A DNA stretch of 64,000 nucleotides from Candidatus Nomurabacteria bacterium CG1_02_43_90 (GTDB lineage Bacteria > Patescibacteriota > Minisyncoccia > Phycocordibacterales > UBA1550), in assembly GCA_001871765.1 (NCBI GenBank), contig MNVN01000010.1, positions 74-64,073 on the forward strand. The letters are read 5' to 3'. Every line of letters begins with the position of its first letter. Position 1 is the stretch's first letter. The position numbers were made by a program, and so were the translations under genes. This document shows, one piece after another, positions 19,115 to 28,081 of this stretch. Below the pieces are notes generated by a model that did no database searches, was not told the origin of the DNA, and was given only the letters and a program-made list of their open reading frames with translations.

Positions 19115-19537
19115 TTACAAATTCCCCCTCAGCGCCTTCAAAATCTCCGCAAGGGTTTCCTCGGAAACCCTGTTTTTCATGGTTGCGGTTAGGTAGTTGT
19201 TGTCGCCGAAATTTGGATCGTGAAACACCTGATTCCTAACCACTACATCTTTCTCGTAGCGGGGACGCACATGGAAATGGACTTCTGGGCTATAGGGTTT
19301 TTCTCTGTAGGCGTGATTCATAAGGCATGCCCAGTTAAAAAGTGTGGCACCAAAGGTCTTTTTGAGAAGTTCCTCATATTTTTTCATTACTAGATGCAAA
19401 TCAGAAAACTCTTCATCGGTGAGTTCTGAAAGTGATTCCCTTTTTGTTTTGCAAATAGCGTATGCACGCCCTAAATAAAGCTGGTCTCCCGAGAGTTCAA
19501 CTTTCCAGTACGGTGTTTCAAAAATAAGGTTTTTCAT
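19115..19537 (-). CDS. HIT family protein
   Basis: IFETPYW, DQLYLGR, FNWACLMN, EVHFHVRPR. Confidence 0.85.
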   Translation of the reverse strand: MKNLIFETPYWKVELSGDQLYLGRAYAICKTKRESLSELTDEEFSDLHLVMKKYEELLKKTFGATLFNWACLMNHAYREKPYSPEVHFHVRPRYEKDVVVRNQVFHDPNFGDNNYLTATMKNRVSEETLAEILKALRGNL

Positions 19538-19541
19538 GAAA

Positions 19542-21032
19542 CTACTTCACCCCGTGCCTCTTGCGGATGACCGAGAGTTCGGCTTCTTCTGCTTCGTCTT
19601 TCTTCTCTTTTCCCTCCTCTCCAAGTTTCTTTAATTCTTCTATCGGGAGTTTTGCGAGTTCAAGGGTACGTTTCACGAGAAACTCTTCACTGTTGCGCTC
19701 CGTGTCATCGAGGACTTCCTCAAGGAGTGCATGGAGGATAAATCCAAGCTTTGGACCGGGTGTTTCACGAGTAACCTCCATAATCTTTTGCCCGTCAATT
19801 TTAAGCATTCCTACGGATACAGGCGCGCGCATCGCTTCTTCTATCATTGACTCATATTTGCGGAGGCGGTAGGGCGCTTCTTTGGGTCTACCCATCCCTA
19901 TGCGGTCGCAGGCGCGTACCTTCATTAGATCCCAGACGTTCTCAGGTCCAACGTTTCGCACAATACGGCGAACGGCGGAGAGGGTTATTTTTTCAATATC
20001 AGAAAAGAATAAGTGATAGCGTACCAGCATAGAAACAACGTCGACAATCTTTTTGGAATACTTTAAGCGCTCAAGTGTTTTACGTGAAACACGACCGCCA
20101 ACCACATCGTGCCCGTAAAACGTCCAGTTATTCTTCTCGTTTGACCAGCGACGGGTTTCTGGCTTGGAAACATCATGGAAAAGTGCAGCAAGGCGGACAT
20201 GAAGGGGCCATTCTCTGTCTGCAGAGTGTTGTAATGCACGGAGGTTGTGTTCCCATACAGTGTAAATATGATCCCCGTTTTGTTCAACGCCGATACCATT
20301 TTCAATTTCAGGAGCAATATACTTCAGTAGTCCAAGCTTTTGGCACATTATGACGCCAACCATAGGGTTCTTGGTCATTATCATTTTACTGAACTCGTCA
20401 CGGATACGTTCCATGGAAATATGTTTTAAGGTCGGTGCTTTTTCTATTACTGCATTTTGAGTCTCAGTTTCAATAGTGAAACTTAAATCAGTAGCAAGGC
20501 GTACTGCACGCAAAATACGGAGAGCATCCTCGTCAAAGCGTTCTTGGGCATTTCCTACTGTCCTTAAGACTTTGTCCTTAATGTCCTTTAGACCATCAAA
20601 CAGGTCTGTTAAATGTCCTTTAGACTCATCATAGGCTATGGCGTTTATGGTAAAGTCTCGGCGCTTCAGGTCATCTTCGAGTTTCGCGTGAAACGATACT
20701 GAATCAGGGCGACGCTTGTCAGTATAGGCTCCTTCTGTGCGATAGGGTGTAACCTCAATGACTTTTAATGTTTCATCTTCTGTTTCAGTCACAATCCCCA
20801 CCGTACCATAATCATTTTCGTAGAATGTTTCTTCAAAAAGTGCCTGAATTTCTTCCGGTTTCGCATTGGTAGTAATATCCCAATCCTTGGGATTGATTTC
20901 CTGAAGTATGTCGCGCACGCACCCTCCTACGAGATATGCTTCAAAGCCTGCCTTTCGTAGGGTTTCTGTTACTCGTGAAACTTCTTGAGGTATTGGATGA
21001 GAGATTTTTACTGTTTCTGTGCTGGTCGCCAT
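19542..21032 (-). CDS. cca: CCA tRNA nucleotidyltransferase with HD domain
   Basis: YLVGGCVRD, DWDITT, RRDFTINA, DALRILRAVR, LFHDVSKP. Confidence 0.93.
   Translation of the reverse strand: MATSTETVKISHPIPQEVSRVTETLRKAGFEAYLVGGCVRDILQEINPKDWDITTNAKPEEIQALFEETFYENDYGTVGIVTETEDETLKVIEVTPYRTEGAYTDKRRPDSVSFHAKLEDDLKRRDFTINAIAYDESKGHLTDLFDGLKDIKDKVLRTVGNAQERFDEDALRILRAVRLATDLSFTIETETQNAVIEKAPTLKHISMERIRDEFSKMIMTKNPMVGVIMCQKLGLLKYIAPEIENGIGVEQNGDHIYTVWEHNLRALQHSADREWPLHVRLAALFHDVSKPETRRWSNEKNNWTFYGHDVVGGRVSRKTLERLKYSKKIVDVVSMLVRYHLFFSDIEKITLSAVRRIVRNVGPENVWDLMKVRACDRIGMGRPKEAPYRLRKYESMIEEAMRAPVSVGMLKIDGQKIMEVTRETPGPKLGFILHALLEEVLDDTERNSEEFLVKRTLELAKLPIEELKKLGEEGKEKKDEAEEAELSVIRKRHGVK
20076..20091. 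promoter_or_regulatory. parS-like site (best match in the cluster)
   Basis: TGTTTTACGTGAAACA, one mismatch from TGTTTCACGTGAAACA; about 10 further degenerate copies between 19154 and 22431. Confidence 0.7.
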
Positions 21033-21109
21033 ATACGCTATAGTCTAGTGTATTTTTGGTTTTTTTGCCAATTTGCGGTATGCTCTCTGTACGTTTCATG
21101 GGAAACAAT

Positions 21110-21181
21110 GCTCTTGTGGTGAAATGGATATCATATCGGTCTTCGAAACCGGCGTTCCAGGTTCGAATCCTGGCAGGGGCA
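21110..21181 (+). tRNA. tRNA-Arg(TCG)
   Basis: Acceptor gctcttg/caggggc, anticodon loop cttcgaa, T arm ccagg-ttcgaat-cctgg; no CCA. Confidence 0.93.
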
Positions 21182-21492
21182 CAAAGCGTGAGTCCAAAAA
21201 TACCGACAGGTGTTTTTACTTTGTGCTCGGGGGAGCCATATTTTTTGAGCACAAAAAATGGCGAGCCAGGGTCGTGAAATTTTTCCTGTGGCGACAAGAA
21301 AAATATTCCTGACCACACTACCACACTAAATACAGAGCTTTGCTCATCGATATTGTTTTTTGCAACGTGATCTAATTAAGAAGACTTAGTAACTCGTGAC
21401 CACAAGATAGGTAAAAGACGGCACCTTCATTGACCACCTCTTCCAAAAATTTTAAAAATCTGTATAGTAGAGAGGTAGAAAGTTTTGAAATT

Positions 21493-21563
21493 GCGGGTAT
21501 GGTTTAGTGGTAGAATGCGTCCTTGCCAAGGACGAGACGGGAGTTCGATTCTCCCTACCCGCA
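21493..21563 (+). tRNA. tRNA-Gly(GCC)
   Basis: Acceptor gcgggta/tacccgc, anticodon loop ttgccaa; discriminator A. Confidence 0.95.
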
Positions 21564-21614
21564 CCTCATAGACACACAAAAGAAAGCCTCTGATATTCAG
21601 GAGCTTTCTTTTGT

Positions 21615-22175
21615 ATAAAGATGGAGCAGTTTATAAAGGACAGTACCTTTGCCTTTTCCATAAGAACACAAGCTGTCAATACCGAGAAACCGAAAAATAT
21701 AGGGGAAAAAGTCAAAAACTGTGGATAACTATGTGTACAGTGTTGATAAAGGACATAAAAGCATTGTTTGGATGCTAGCGTTTAAGGCATTTCTTTTAAA
21801 AGACAACCTAGGAAACCCTTGATTAATATAGCCTTTTTGGTAAAACTCGTATTTTCCGGTGATTTTTAGAAGAAATAGCCGTAAATGTTACTTAGTAACA
21901 CCTATCTGATGTTATTCATGAAACAAAAACATAAAATAGGGGATAATTATTTGTTTGTGGTGGAAATACGATATTATTATGTAGATAAAGCCATAAAATA
22001 AAGACTTCTTGAACATTTAGGGAATGTGGGTACGAGGGAAGATTCTTCTAGGGATAATTCCGTCATGGGTTCTTGATTGCTTTGATTCATTTAAAAACGA
22101 TTATGTATATATTTGCTGTACTTTAAACACTATAAGGTAGGGTATGTCTAGCATGTGGCGATTGTATAAGCATTC
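21615..22175. other. candidate replication origin (oriC) region
   Basis: Long AT-rich non-coding gap; TGTGGATAA 21720, TGTTGATAA 21741, TGTAGATAA 21980; lies within the parS-like cluster. Confidence 0.55.
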
Positions 22176-22197
22176 TCATGGTATACTCTTAAAATAA

Positions 22198-22620
22198 ATG
22201 GCAGAACCTACAGAAAAACAGAAGATTGGGCGACTTGGCGAAGATATAGCAGCTAAGTTCTTAGAAAATAAGGGTTTTACGGTTATTCAGTGTAATTATC
22301 TTAAAAAATACGGAGAAATCGATATTATTGCAAAAAAGGGTGAAATACTCCATTTTATTGAGGTAAAAACCGTTTCACATGAAAACTTTACTAGCTTTTT
22401 GCCAAATCCAATGAGCGTTTCTCATGAAACAGACGATTATCGAGCAGAAGATAATCTGCACCCCCAGAAACTAAAAAGACTTGCCCGGACGATTCAGGTG
22501 TATTTAGTAGAGAATTCGCACAAGGAAGAGGTTGAATGGCAGTTTCATGCAGTCACCGTTAGAATAGATCAGGAAACAAGGCGCGCAAGGGTAAAATTCT
22601 TAGAGAATATAATTCTCTAA
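22198..22620 (+). CDS. yraN: YraN (UPF0102) family nuclease
   Basis: GRLGEDIAAKFLENKGF, GEIDIIA, HFIEVKT. Confidence 0.92.
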   Translation: MAEPTEKQKIGRLGEDIAAKFLENKGFTVIQCNYLKKYGEIDIIAKKGEILHFIEVKTVSHENFTSFLPNPMSVSHETDDYRAEDNLHPQKLKRLARTIQVYLVENSHKEEVEWQFHAVTVRIDQETRRARVKFLENIIL

Positions 22621-22795
22621 GAAACTATTCACGACTTGACGGCGAGTAGTAACAATACAAAATGCACTGTTTCTTGTCCGCCAAAATTATAAAGTTTACA
22701 GTTTCACATAAGATAGTGGATAGGTTTTAAAAATTTCTCAAAAATGTTTCTTTATGGTAGTATTTAACAATCGTTTCTTTAGAGACGGCTTCATT

Positions 22796-22866
22796 CGGGG
22801 TGTAGTATATCGGTAGTACGTCTGCTTTGGGAGCAGATAGGCCGAGTTCGATTCTCGGCACCCCGA
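22796..22866 (+). tRNA. tRNA-Pro(TGG)
   Basis: Acceptor cggggtg/caccccg, anticodon arm tctgc-tttggga-gcaga, T arm ccgag-ttcgatt-ctcgg. Confidence 0.93.
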
Positions 22867-22882
22867 CAAAGATTTTAAGTAA

Positions 22883-22952
22883 GCCGAGTTCGATTCTGAA
22901 TCAAGTAGATTCATGTCTTGGGCCGGCACTTCAACAAGGACAAAGATTTTAA
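22883..22952 (+). repeat. degenerate duplication of the tRNA-Pro 3' end
   Basis: gccgagttcgattct at 22841 and 22883; cggcac repeated; gacaaagattttaa at 22865 and 22939. Confidence 0.75.
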
Positions 22953-22986
22953 TAAGAGGGAAGGCCCTTCTTGTAAAAAAGGTTTC

Positions 22987-24030
22987 ATGAGTAACATCGG
23001 GGAAAATAAAAAAGACTCAGGGTTTCATTGGATGGCTCCGGGGTTTGTTTCCGTTATGGCTGCCTTTGTGGGGAATTTTGTCATTATGCTTCTTAAGGCA
23101 TTGGGCTTTGCGGTGTCAGGATCAAGCTCTCTCTTTTCTGAAACAGTTCACAGCTTTGCAGACACGGCGAATCAGGCGCTTCTCATGGTGGGGATTATTA
23201 AAAGTCGCAGAGCACCTGATGAGAATTCTTCCTACGGATACGGAATGGAGCGGTTTTTTTGGGCGCTTATTTCCGCATGCGGAGTGTTCTTTATTGGTGC
23301 GGGTATAACGGTATATCATGGAGTTTCGGCTTTGGCACACCCTCATGAGGTTTTTTTTGAACCAATTATTTTTGTAATTCTTGGCGTTTCTTTTGTAGTA
23401 GAGCTCGTAACCTTTTCTCTTGCGTTTCATGAGATTTGGCGTGAAAGAAAGGACCGTGCAACCATACGTGAGATGTTGCGTGACGGCGACCCCACGGTGC
23501 TTGCGGTTGTGTATGAAGATGGGGTTGCGGTGTTTGGTGTCTTTGTTGCAGTTCTGGGAATCTTTCTTTCTTATATAACCGGGGATTTGTTCTGGGATGC
23601 AATAGGGTCGATTGTTATTGGTATCCTTTTGGCATGGGTTGCCGTCGTTTTAATCTTGAAGAATAAGCGTTTTTTGGTAGAGAAGTCTATTCCCGAAGAG
23701 GTGCGCAGTCGAATTATTGAAATACTTGAAAGTGATCCGATGGTTGAGCGTGTGCATGATTTTAAGTCATCAGTGGTAGAATTTGGAAAGTATCGTGCGA
23801 AGTGCGAAGTGGAGGTTAATGGCTCGATCCTTTTTTACGAACTTTCAAATGGTGATATGTTGAAAGATGATTATGAAACCGTAAAAGAGGATTATCAAGA
23901 GTTTGTACGGTTTTGTGTGGAGTTTTCTGATCGCGTGCCTCGCGTTATTGGAACGCGTATTGATGAACTTGAGGCACGTATCAAAAAGGAGATTCCCTCG
24001 GTGCGCCATATTGATATTGAGATAAATTAG
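22987..24030 (+). CDS. cation diffusion facilitator family transporter (ZnT9/SLC30A9-like)
   Basis: SGSSSLFSETVHSFADTANQALL, YGYGMERFFWALISA, VVYEDGVA, WDAIGSIVIG, VRHIDIEI. Confidence 0.9.
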   Translation: MSNIGENKKDSGFHWMAPGFVSVMAAFVGNFVIMLLKALGFAVSGSSSLFSETVHSFADTANQALLMVGIIKSRRAPDENSSYGYGMERFFWALISACGVFFIGAGITVYHGVSALAHPHEVFFEPIIFVILGVSFVVELVTFSLAFHEIWRERKDRATIREMLRDGDPTVLAVVYEDGVAVFGVFVAVLGIFLSYITGDLFWDAIGSIVIGILLAWVAVVLILKNKRFLVEKSIPEEVRSRIIEILESDPMVERVHDFKSSVVEFGKYRAKCEVEVNGSILFYELSNGDMLKDDYETVKEDYQEFVRFCVEFSDRVPRVIGTRIDELEARIKKEIPSVRHIDIEIN

Positions 24031-24039
24031 GTAAAAAAT

Positions 24040-24111
24040 GCGCCCGTAGTACAACGGATAGAACACAGCCCTCCGAAGGCTGAGATCGAGGTTCAATTCC
24101 TCGCGGGCGCA
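24040..24111 (+). tRNA. tRNA-Arg(CCG)
   Basis: Acceptor gcgcccg/cgggcgc, anticodon arm cagcc-ctccgaa-ggctg. Confidence 0.95.
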
Positions 24112-24567
24112 CAATCAGAGACTTGGTCGGAAAATTCCCTCCCCCACCCGCCGAAGAAAAGAAGAAAGGTAAGGAAAATTTTTGGGTTTTGCTCCCGCGA
24201 CCGAAGGGAGCGGACGAGGCGCGCAGATTAGTCCGTTTGCTGTTTAAAATAGGTTCGAGCAAAGCAGAGTAATACAGCACAGGCGTTAAGAAAATTAGTC
24301 TCTGCATACTAATTTTTAACTGTGCGAGGCGCAAGCCTTATCGAGTGAAGCGAGATAGCGCGCCGGGGTCGAGGATACTTAGTCCTCGCAATGTGTACTC
24401 ACCTGAGAAGACTTAGTAATCCGTGATCACGCTAGCTAAGCGAGAATCCAAAAACACCGAGTAGGTGTTTTTCTCTTTTTGCGAGAATCAGTTTTTTAAA
24501 AGTTTTCCATGTTGCTGGACTAATTATCCCTCGATTTATATTTCTTTGCCTGCTATAATGGAATGAA

Positions 24568-26502
24568 ATGAAACTTGGTAAAAAAATTAACCTTGTGCTT
24601 GTTTCTGTTGTTGTGGTCGTGCTCACGGTAGCTTTTTGGATAATTGTTAATATAGAAGGGAATAACCTTAAGAGTCAGGTTACCCATGATGCAGATACGG
24701 TAACAGGAATTTTTCGCACAGAGATTGAGCGCATGTTTAAGCAGATCCACAACCAAGAAGTCTATCTACAAAGCGCTATTGATCAAATGAGTAAGGCCCA
24801 GGGGGTGAGGTATATTAATGTTAATGGTCTAGATGGTAAATATATTGCAGCAACAGACAACACTCTCGTGGGTCAAAAGGTAAAAGATGCCAAGACTGCT
24901 CTCCTTGTTGGTCGTACAAAGCAAGAGCGTACCTTTGTTGAAATTAAAACAGATGAAGGTACTTTTTATGAGATGGAGCGTTTTATCCCGATCTTCCTTG
25001 ATGCAAACGACCCACAATCAAAAGTAATTAATGTCATTGAAGTTGAAGTTGTAACGCGTACAAAAAGTGCGACTGATGTTTCTGACGCGGAGAAACTTCT
25101 CCAGGTTATCGCTGCGGGGGTTGAGCAAAATGCACGAGCGATTATTCTGACATACACTGAAGACGTTGAAGCGCTCCAGCAAATAACCAGTAGTGTTGAG
25201 AACTTCAACTTTTTTAATGATTTTGTGGTGTTTGACAGCAAGATTGATATTATTGCGAACACGGGGAATGAGGTAACAGAATTTAGCGACGACCCTATTG
25301 AATACAAACAGTTGCGTGAAGATGTTCTCGCAGGCAAAGTGCCTATTGGGGAAGTTGAAAGAATTCATGAAGGAAAGGAGGTCATTATGAGAGTCATGCC
25401 AATCTCAACTCGAGATGAAAAAACCGGAGTAGTCTCGAATATAGGGCTCCTTGAGGTACATATTCTCAAAAATGCTTATCTTTCTACAGTAAATGAGCTT
25501 AAAATACGAATGCTCGGCGTGGGCGCTCTCGTAACTGCCGTACTCGTTGCTGTTCTTGCAGTTATTCTTGAAAGAGAGGTGGTGGGACCTATCCGACGCT
25601 ACTCAGTTATTGCACGCAAGGTTGCTGATGGTGATCTCACGCAAAAAGTAGAAAGTACTTCTCAAGATGAAATTGGACAATTTGGAGAAGTATTTAATTC
25701 TATGGTAGCCAATCTTCGGGAGCTAGACCGCCTTAAGTCAGATTTCATCTCTGTTGCTGCGCATCAGCTACGCACACCTCTCTCGGGGGTAAAATGGGTA
25801 CTCAAACTCCTCCTTGACGGAGATTTGGGAGCAATCAATGACGACCAAAATGGCATGTTGAAGCGTGGATATGAAACGAATGAGAAGATGATTCAGTTGG
25901 TGAATGACCTCTTGAATGTTTCGCGTATTGAGAATGATAAATTTGGCTATAAGTTTGAGAAAAATGACTTTATGAAGCTTCTTGAGACGCTTCGAGAGAA
26001 TATAGAGCTTCCTTCTCGTGAGCATAATATCGATGTGCGGTTTGAAAATCATGCAGGGGATCTTCCTGAATTTTTCTTTGATCCAGAAAAACTTTTGATT
26101 GCTCTGCAAAATTTGGTTGATAATGCGATTAAGTACACGCTCCCTGGAGGTAGTGTCACACTTGTCGTAAGTCATCGTGGTGGATCTGTTGAGCTAAAAG
26201 TGAGTGACACGGGGGTAGGTATTCCTTCCGCAGACCTACCAAAATTGTTTTCAAAGTTTTTCCGTGCCGCAAACGTGATTCATCTCCAGACAGATGGCTC
26301 CGGGCTCGGGCTCTTTATTGTGAAGAATATTATTATCCGTCATGGAGGCCAAATTTGGGTTGACTCAAAAGAAGCGGAAGGGACTACATTTACCGTAGTG
26401 ATACCCATACTTACAGAACTTCCTGAAGAGAAGGCCGAGACTATCAGGGGAAAAGAAGAGAATCCAAGAGAAAACATGCAAGAAGTACAGGGTAATTTCT
26501 AG
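24568..26502 (+). CDS. HAMP-domain sensor histidine kinase
   Basis: Two TM helices around a large extracytoplasmic region, HAMP (DEIGQFGEVFN), AHQLRTPL, NLVDNAIKY, DTGVGI, GSGLGL. Confidence 0.95.
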   Translation: MKLGKKINLVLVSVVVVVLTVAFWIIVNIEGNNLKSQVTHDADTVTGIFRTEIERMFKQIHNQEVYLQSAIDQMSKAQGVRYINVNGLDGKYIAATDNTLVGQKVKDAKTALLVGRTKQERTFVEIKTDEGTFYEMERFIPIFLDANDPQSKVINVIEVEVVTRTKSATDVSDAEKLLQVIAAGVEQNARAIILTYTEDVEALQQITSSVENFNFFNDFVVFDSKIDIIANTGNEVTEFSDDPIEYKQLREDVLAGKVPIGEVERIHEGKEVIMRVMPISTRDEKTGVVSNIGLLEVHILKNAYLSTVNELKIRMLGVGALVTAVLVAVLAVILEREVVGPIRRYSVIARKVADGDLTQKVESTSQDEIGQFGEVFNSMVANLRELDRLKSDFISVAAHQLRTPLSGVKWVLKLLLDGDLGAINDDQNGMLKRGYETNEKMIQLVNDLLNVSRIENDKFGYKFEKNDFMKLLETLRENIELPSREHNIDVRFENHAGDLPEFFFDPEKLLIALQNLVDNAIKYTLPGGSVTLVVSHRGGSVELKVSDTGVGIPSADLPKLFSKFFRAANVIHLQTDGSGLGLFIVKNIIIRHGGQIWVDSKEAEGTTFTVVIPILTELPEEKAETIRGKEENPRENMQEVQGNF

Positions 26503-26541
26503 GTTAAATAGTAATTTTATAATATAATTAAAAGAACCAAT

Positions 26542-27402
26542 ATGGCTGAACAAAAAAGAATTCTCATTGTTGAAGATGACAACGTTCTGCGCGATGTCCT
26601 CGGGGAAAAACTCGAGAAGAATGGATATCTTGTAGAGAAGGCACAAGACGGCCTCGTTGCGATGGAAAAAATTCATGCGAATAAACCTGACGCGGTTCTT
26701 CTGGATATTCTGATGCCTCATATGAATGGAATCGAGGTTCTCGAGGAACTTCATAAGGACCCACTTTTCCAGGGTATTCCTGTTGTTATTATTTCTAATT
26801 CTGGTCAGCCTGTTGAAATAGAGAGGGCTCGAAAACTCGGGGCACGCGAGTTTCTCATTAAAGCAGTGTTTGACCCTAACGAAGTACTTGAAAAAGTAAG
26901 GAAGGTGATGGAGGATGACGGCACGGCTCCGCAAGGTGAATGGGGTGTACGTACGCAGAATATCACGGGTGCGGGGGCTATTGCGAACGCGGAAGCCCTC
27001 TCTCCAGAAAAAGAAGATAATCCGAAGAAAGAAGTCTTTGTCCTTGTAGTGGAGGATGACAAGTTTCTACGTGAGCTTCTCGTGCGTAAGCTTGCAAGTG
27101 CAGGATTCGATGTTCAAAACGCCATTGAGGGCACGGCTGCGTTCGCTATTTTGGAAAAAAGGAAACCAAGCATTATTCTCCTCGACCTCATTCTTCCTGA
27201 AATGGATGGCTTTGAAATTTTGACGAGAATAAAAGCCGATCCAAAGAATGCCGATGTTCCCGTAATCATTCTTAGTAACCTTGGTCAAAAAGAAGATACT
27301 GACAAAGCACTAAAACTGGGAGCTATCGACTTCATGGTAAAGGCAAACTTTACGCTTGATGAAATTGTGACCAAAGTACGGACGGTATTGAACCTAGACT
27401 AA
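26542..27402 (+). CDS. response regulator with two receiver domains and no output domain
   Basis: ILIVEDD...LLDILMP...FLIK and VLVVEDD...LLDLILP...FMVK. Confidence 0.92.
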   Translation: MAEQKRILIVEDDNVLRDVLGEKLEKNGYLVEKAQDGLVAMEKIHANKPDAVLLDILMPHMNGIEVLEELHKDPLFQGIPVVIISNSGQPVEIERARKLGAREFLIKAVFDPNEVLEKVRKVMEDDGTAPQGEWGVRTQNITGAGAIANAEALSPEKEDNPKKEVFVLVVEDDKFLRELLVRKLASAGFDVQNAIEGTAAFAILEKRKPSIILLDLILPEMDGFEILTRIKADPKNADVPVIILSNLGQKEDTDKALKLGAIDFMVKANFTLDEIVTKVRTVLNLD

Positions 27403-27468
27403 CCCCTTCCGAAAGCGCGCCGGTTGCTAAATTTGTTAGTTTTTGCTATTCTCTAGCTCAGGTTAATT

Positions 27469-27539
27469 GCGGGATTAGTTAAATGGTATAACTTCAGTTT
27501 TCCAAACTGAAATCGGGAGTTCGATTCCCCCATCCCGCA
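27469..27539 (+). tRNA. tRNA-Gly(TCC)
   Basis: Acceptor gcgggat/atcccgc, anticodon loop tttccaa; discriminator A. Confidence 0.93.
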
Positions 27540-27540
27540 C

Positions 27541-27580
27541 TATAGAAAAAACACCTTCATTTGAAGGTGTTTTTTCTATA
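27541..27580. terminator. bidirectional terminator (19-bp perfect IR)
   Basis: tatagaaaaaacaccttca-tt-tgaaggtgttttttctata. Confidence 0.8.
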
Positions 27581-27595
27581 ACTTAATTCGTTTAG

Positions 27596-27868
27596 TTATT
27601 TAACTGCGTCTTTGAGCGCCTTTGCTGCGCGGAACTTTGGAACCTTGGTTGCAGGAACCTGAATTGCCTCACCAGTCTTTGGGTTGCGCGCGGTGCGTGC
27701 TGCACGTGGCTTTACTGAAAAGATACCAAGACCTGCGATTGAAACTTCTTCACCTTTCTTGAGTGTTGAAACCATTGCTTCGAGGATTGCATCAAGTGTT
27801 TGTTCTGCTGATACTTTTGTTCCACCCATCTTCTCGTGGATAACCTCAACGATAGCTGCTTTGTTCAT
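27596..27868 (-). CDS. hup: DNA-binding protein HU
   Basis: MNKAAIV, GLGIFSV, ARTARNPKTGEAI, PKFRAAKALKDAV. Confidence 0.96.
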   Translation of the reverse strand: MNKAAIVEVIHEKMGGTKVSAEQTLDAILEAMVSTLKKGEEVSIAGLGIFSVKPRAARTARNPKTGEAIQVPATKVPKFRAAKALKDAVK

Positions 27869-28081
27869 AATATTATTTTGATTAACTTTTAATATAAAAC
27901 TTTTTTGCTCGCGACACTTCTCACCATATCATGCATCTTTTGTGCGATGATATGAGCAAGATTGGAGTTGCCCCCTCGACGCGAGCAATACCTCCTTGTC
28001 TGATAGTATACTCTTCTCTCCATTTTAACGCAATAGGCACAAGGGTCATGGGTATAATCTGCGATATTTTTGAAAATATGA

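Noticed and set aside
23981-24334. 117-aa minus-strand ORF, and the ORFs at 20941-21324, 21056-21277 and 22738-22929
   Set aside because: They overlap tRNA genes and their structured trailers; shadow ORFs
21110-27539. tRNAs lacking encoded CCA
   Set aside because: Common, and explained by the adjacent CCA-adding enzyme
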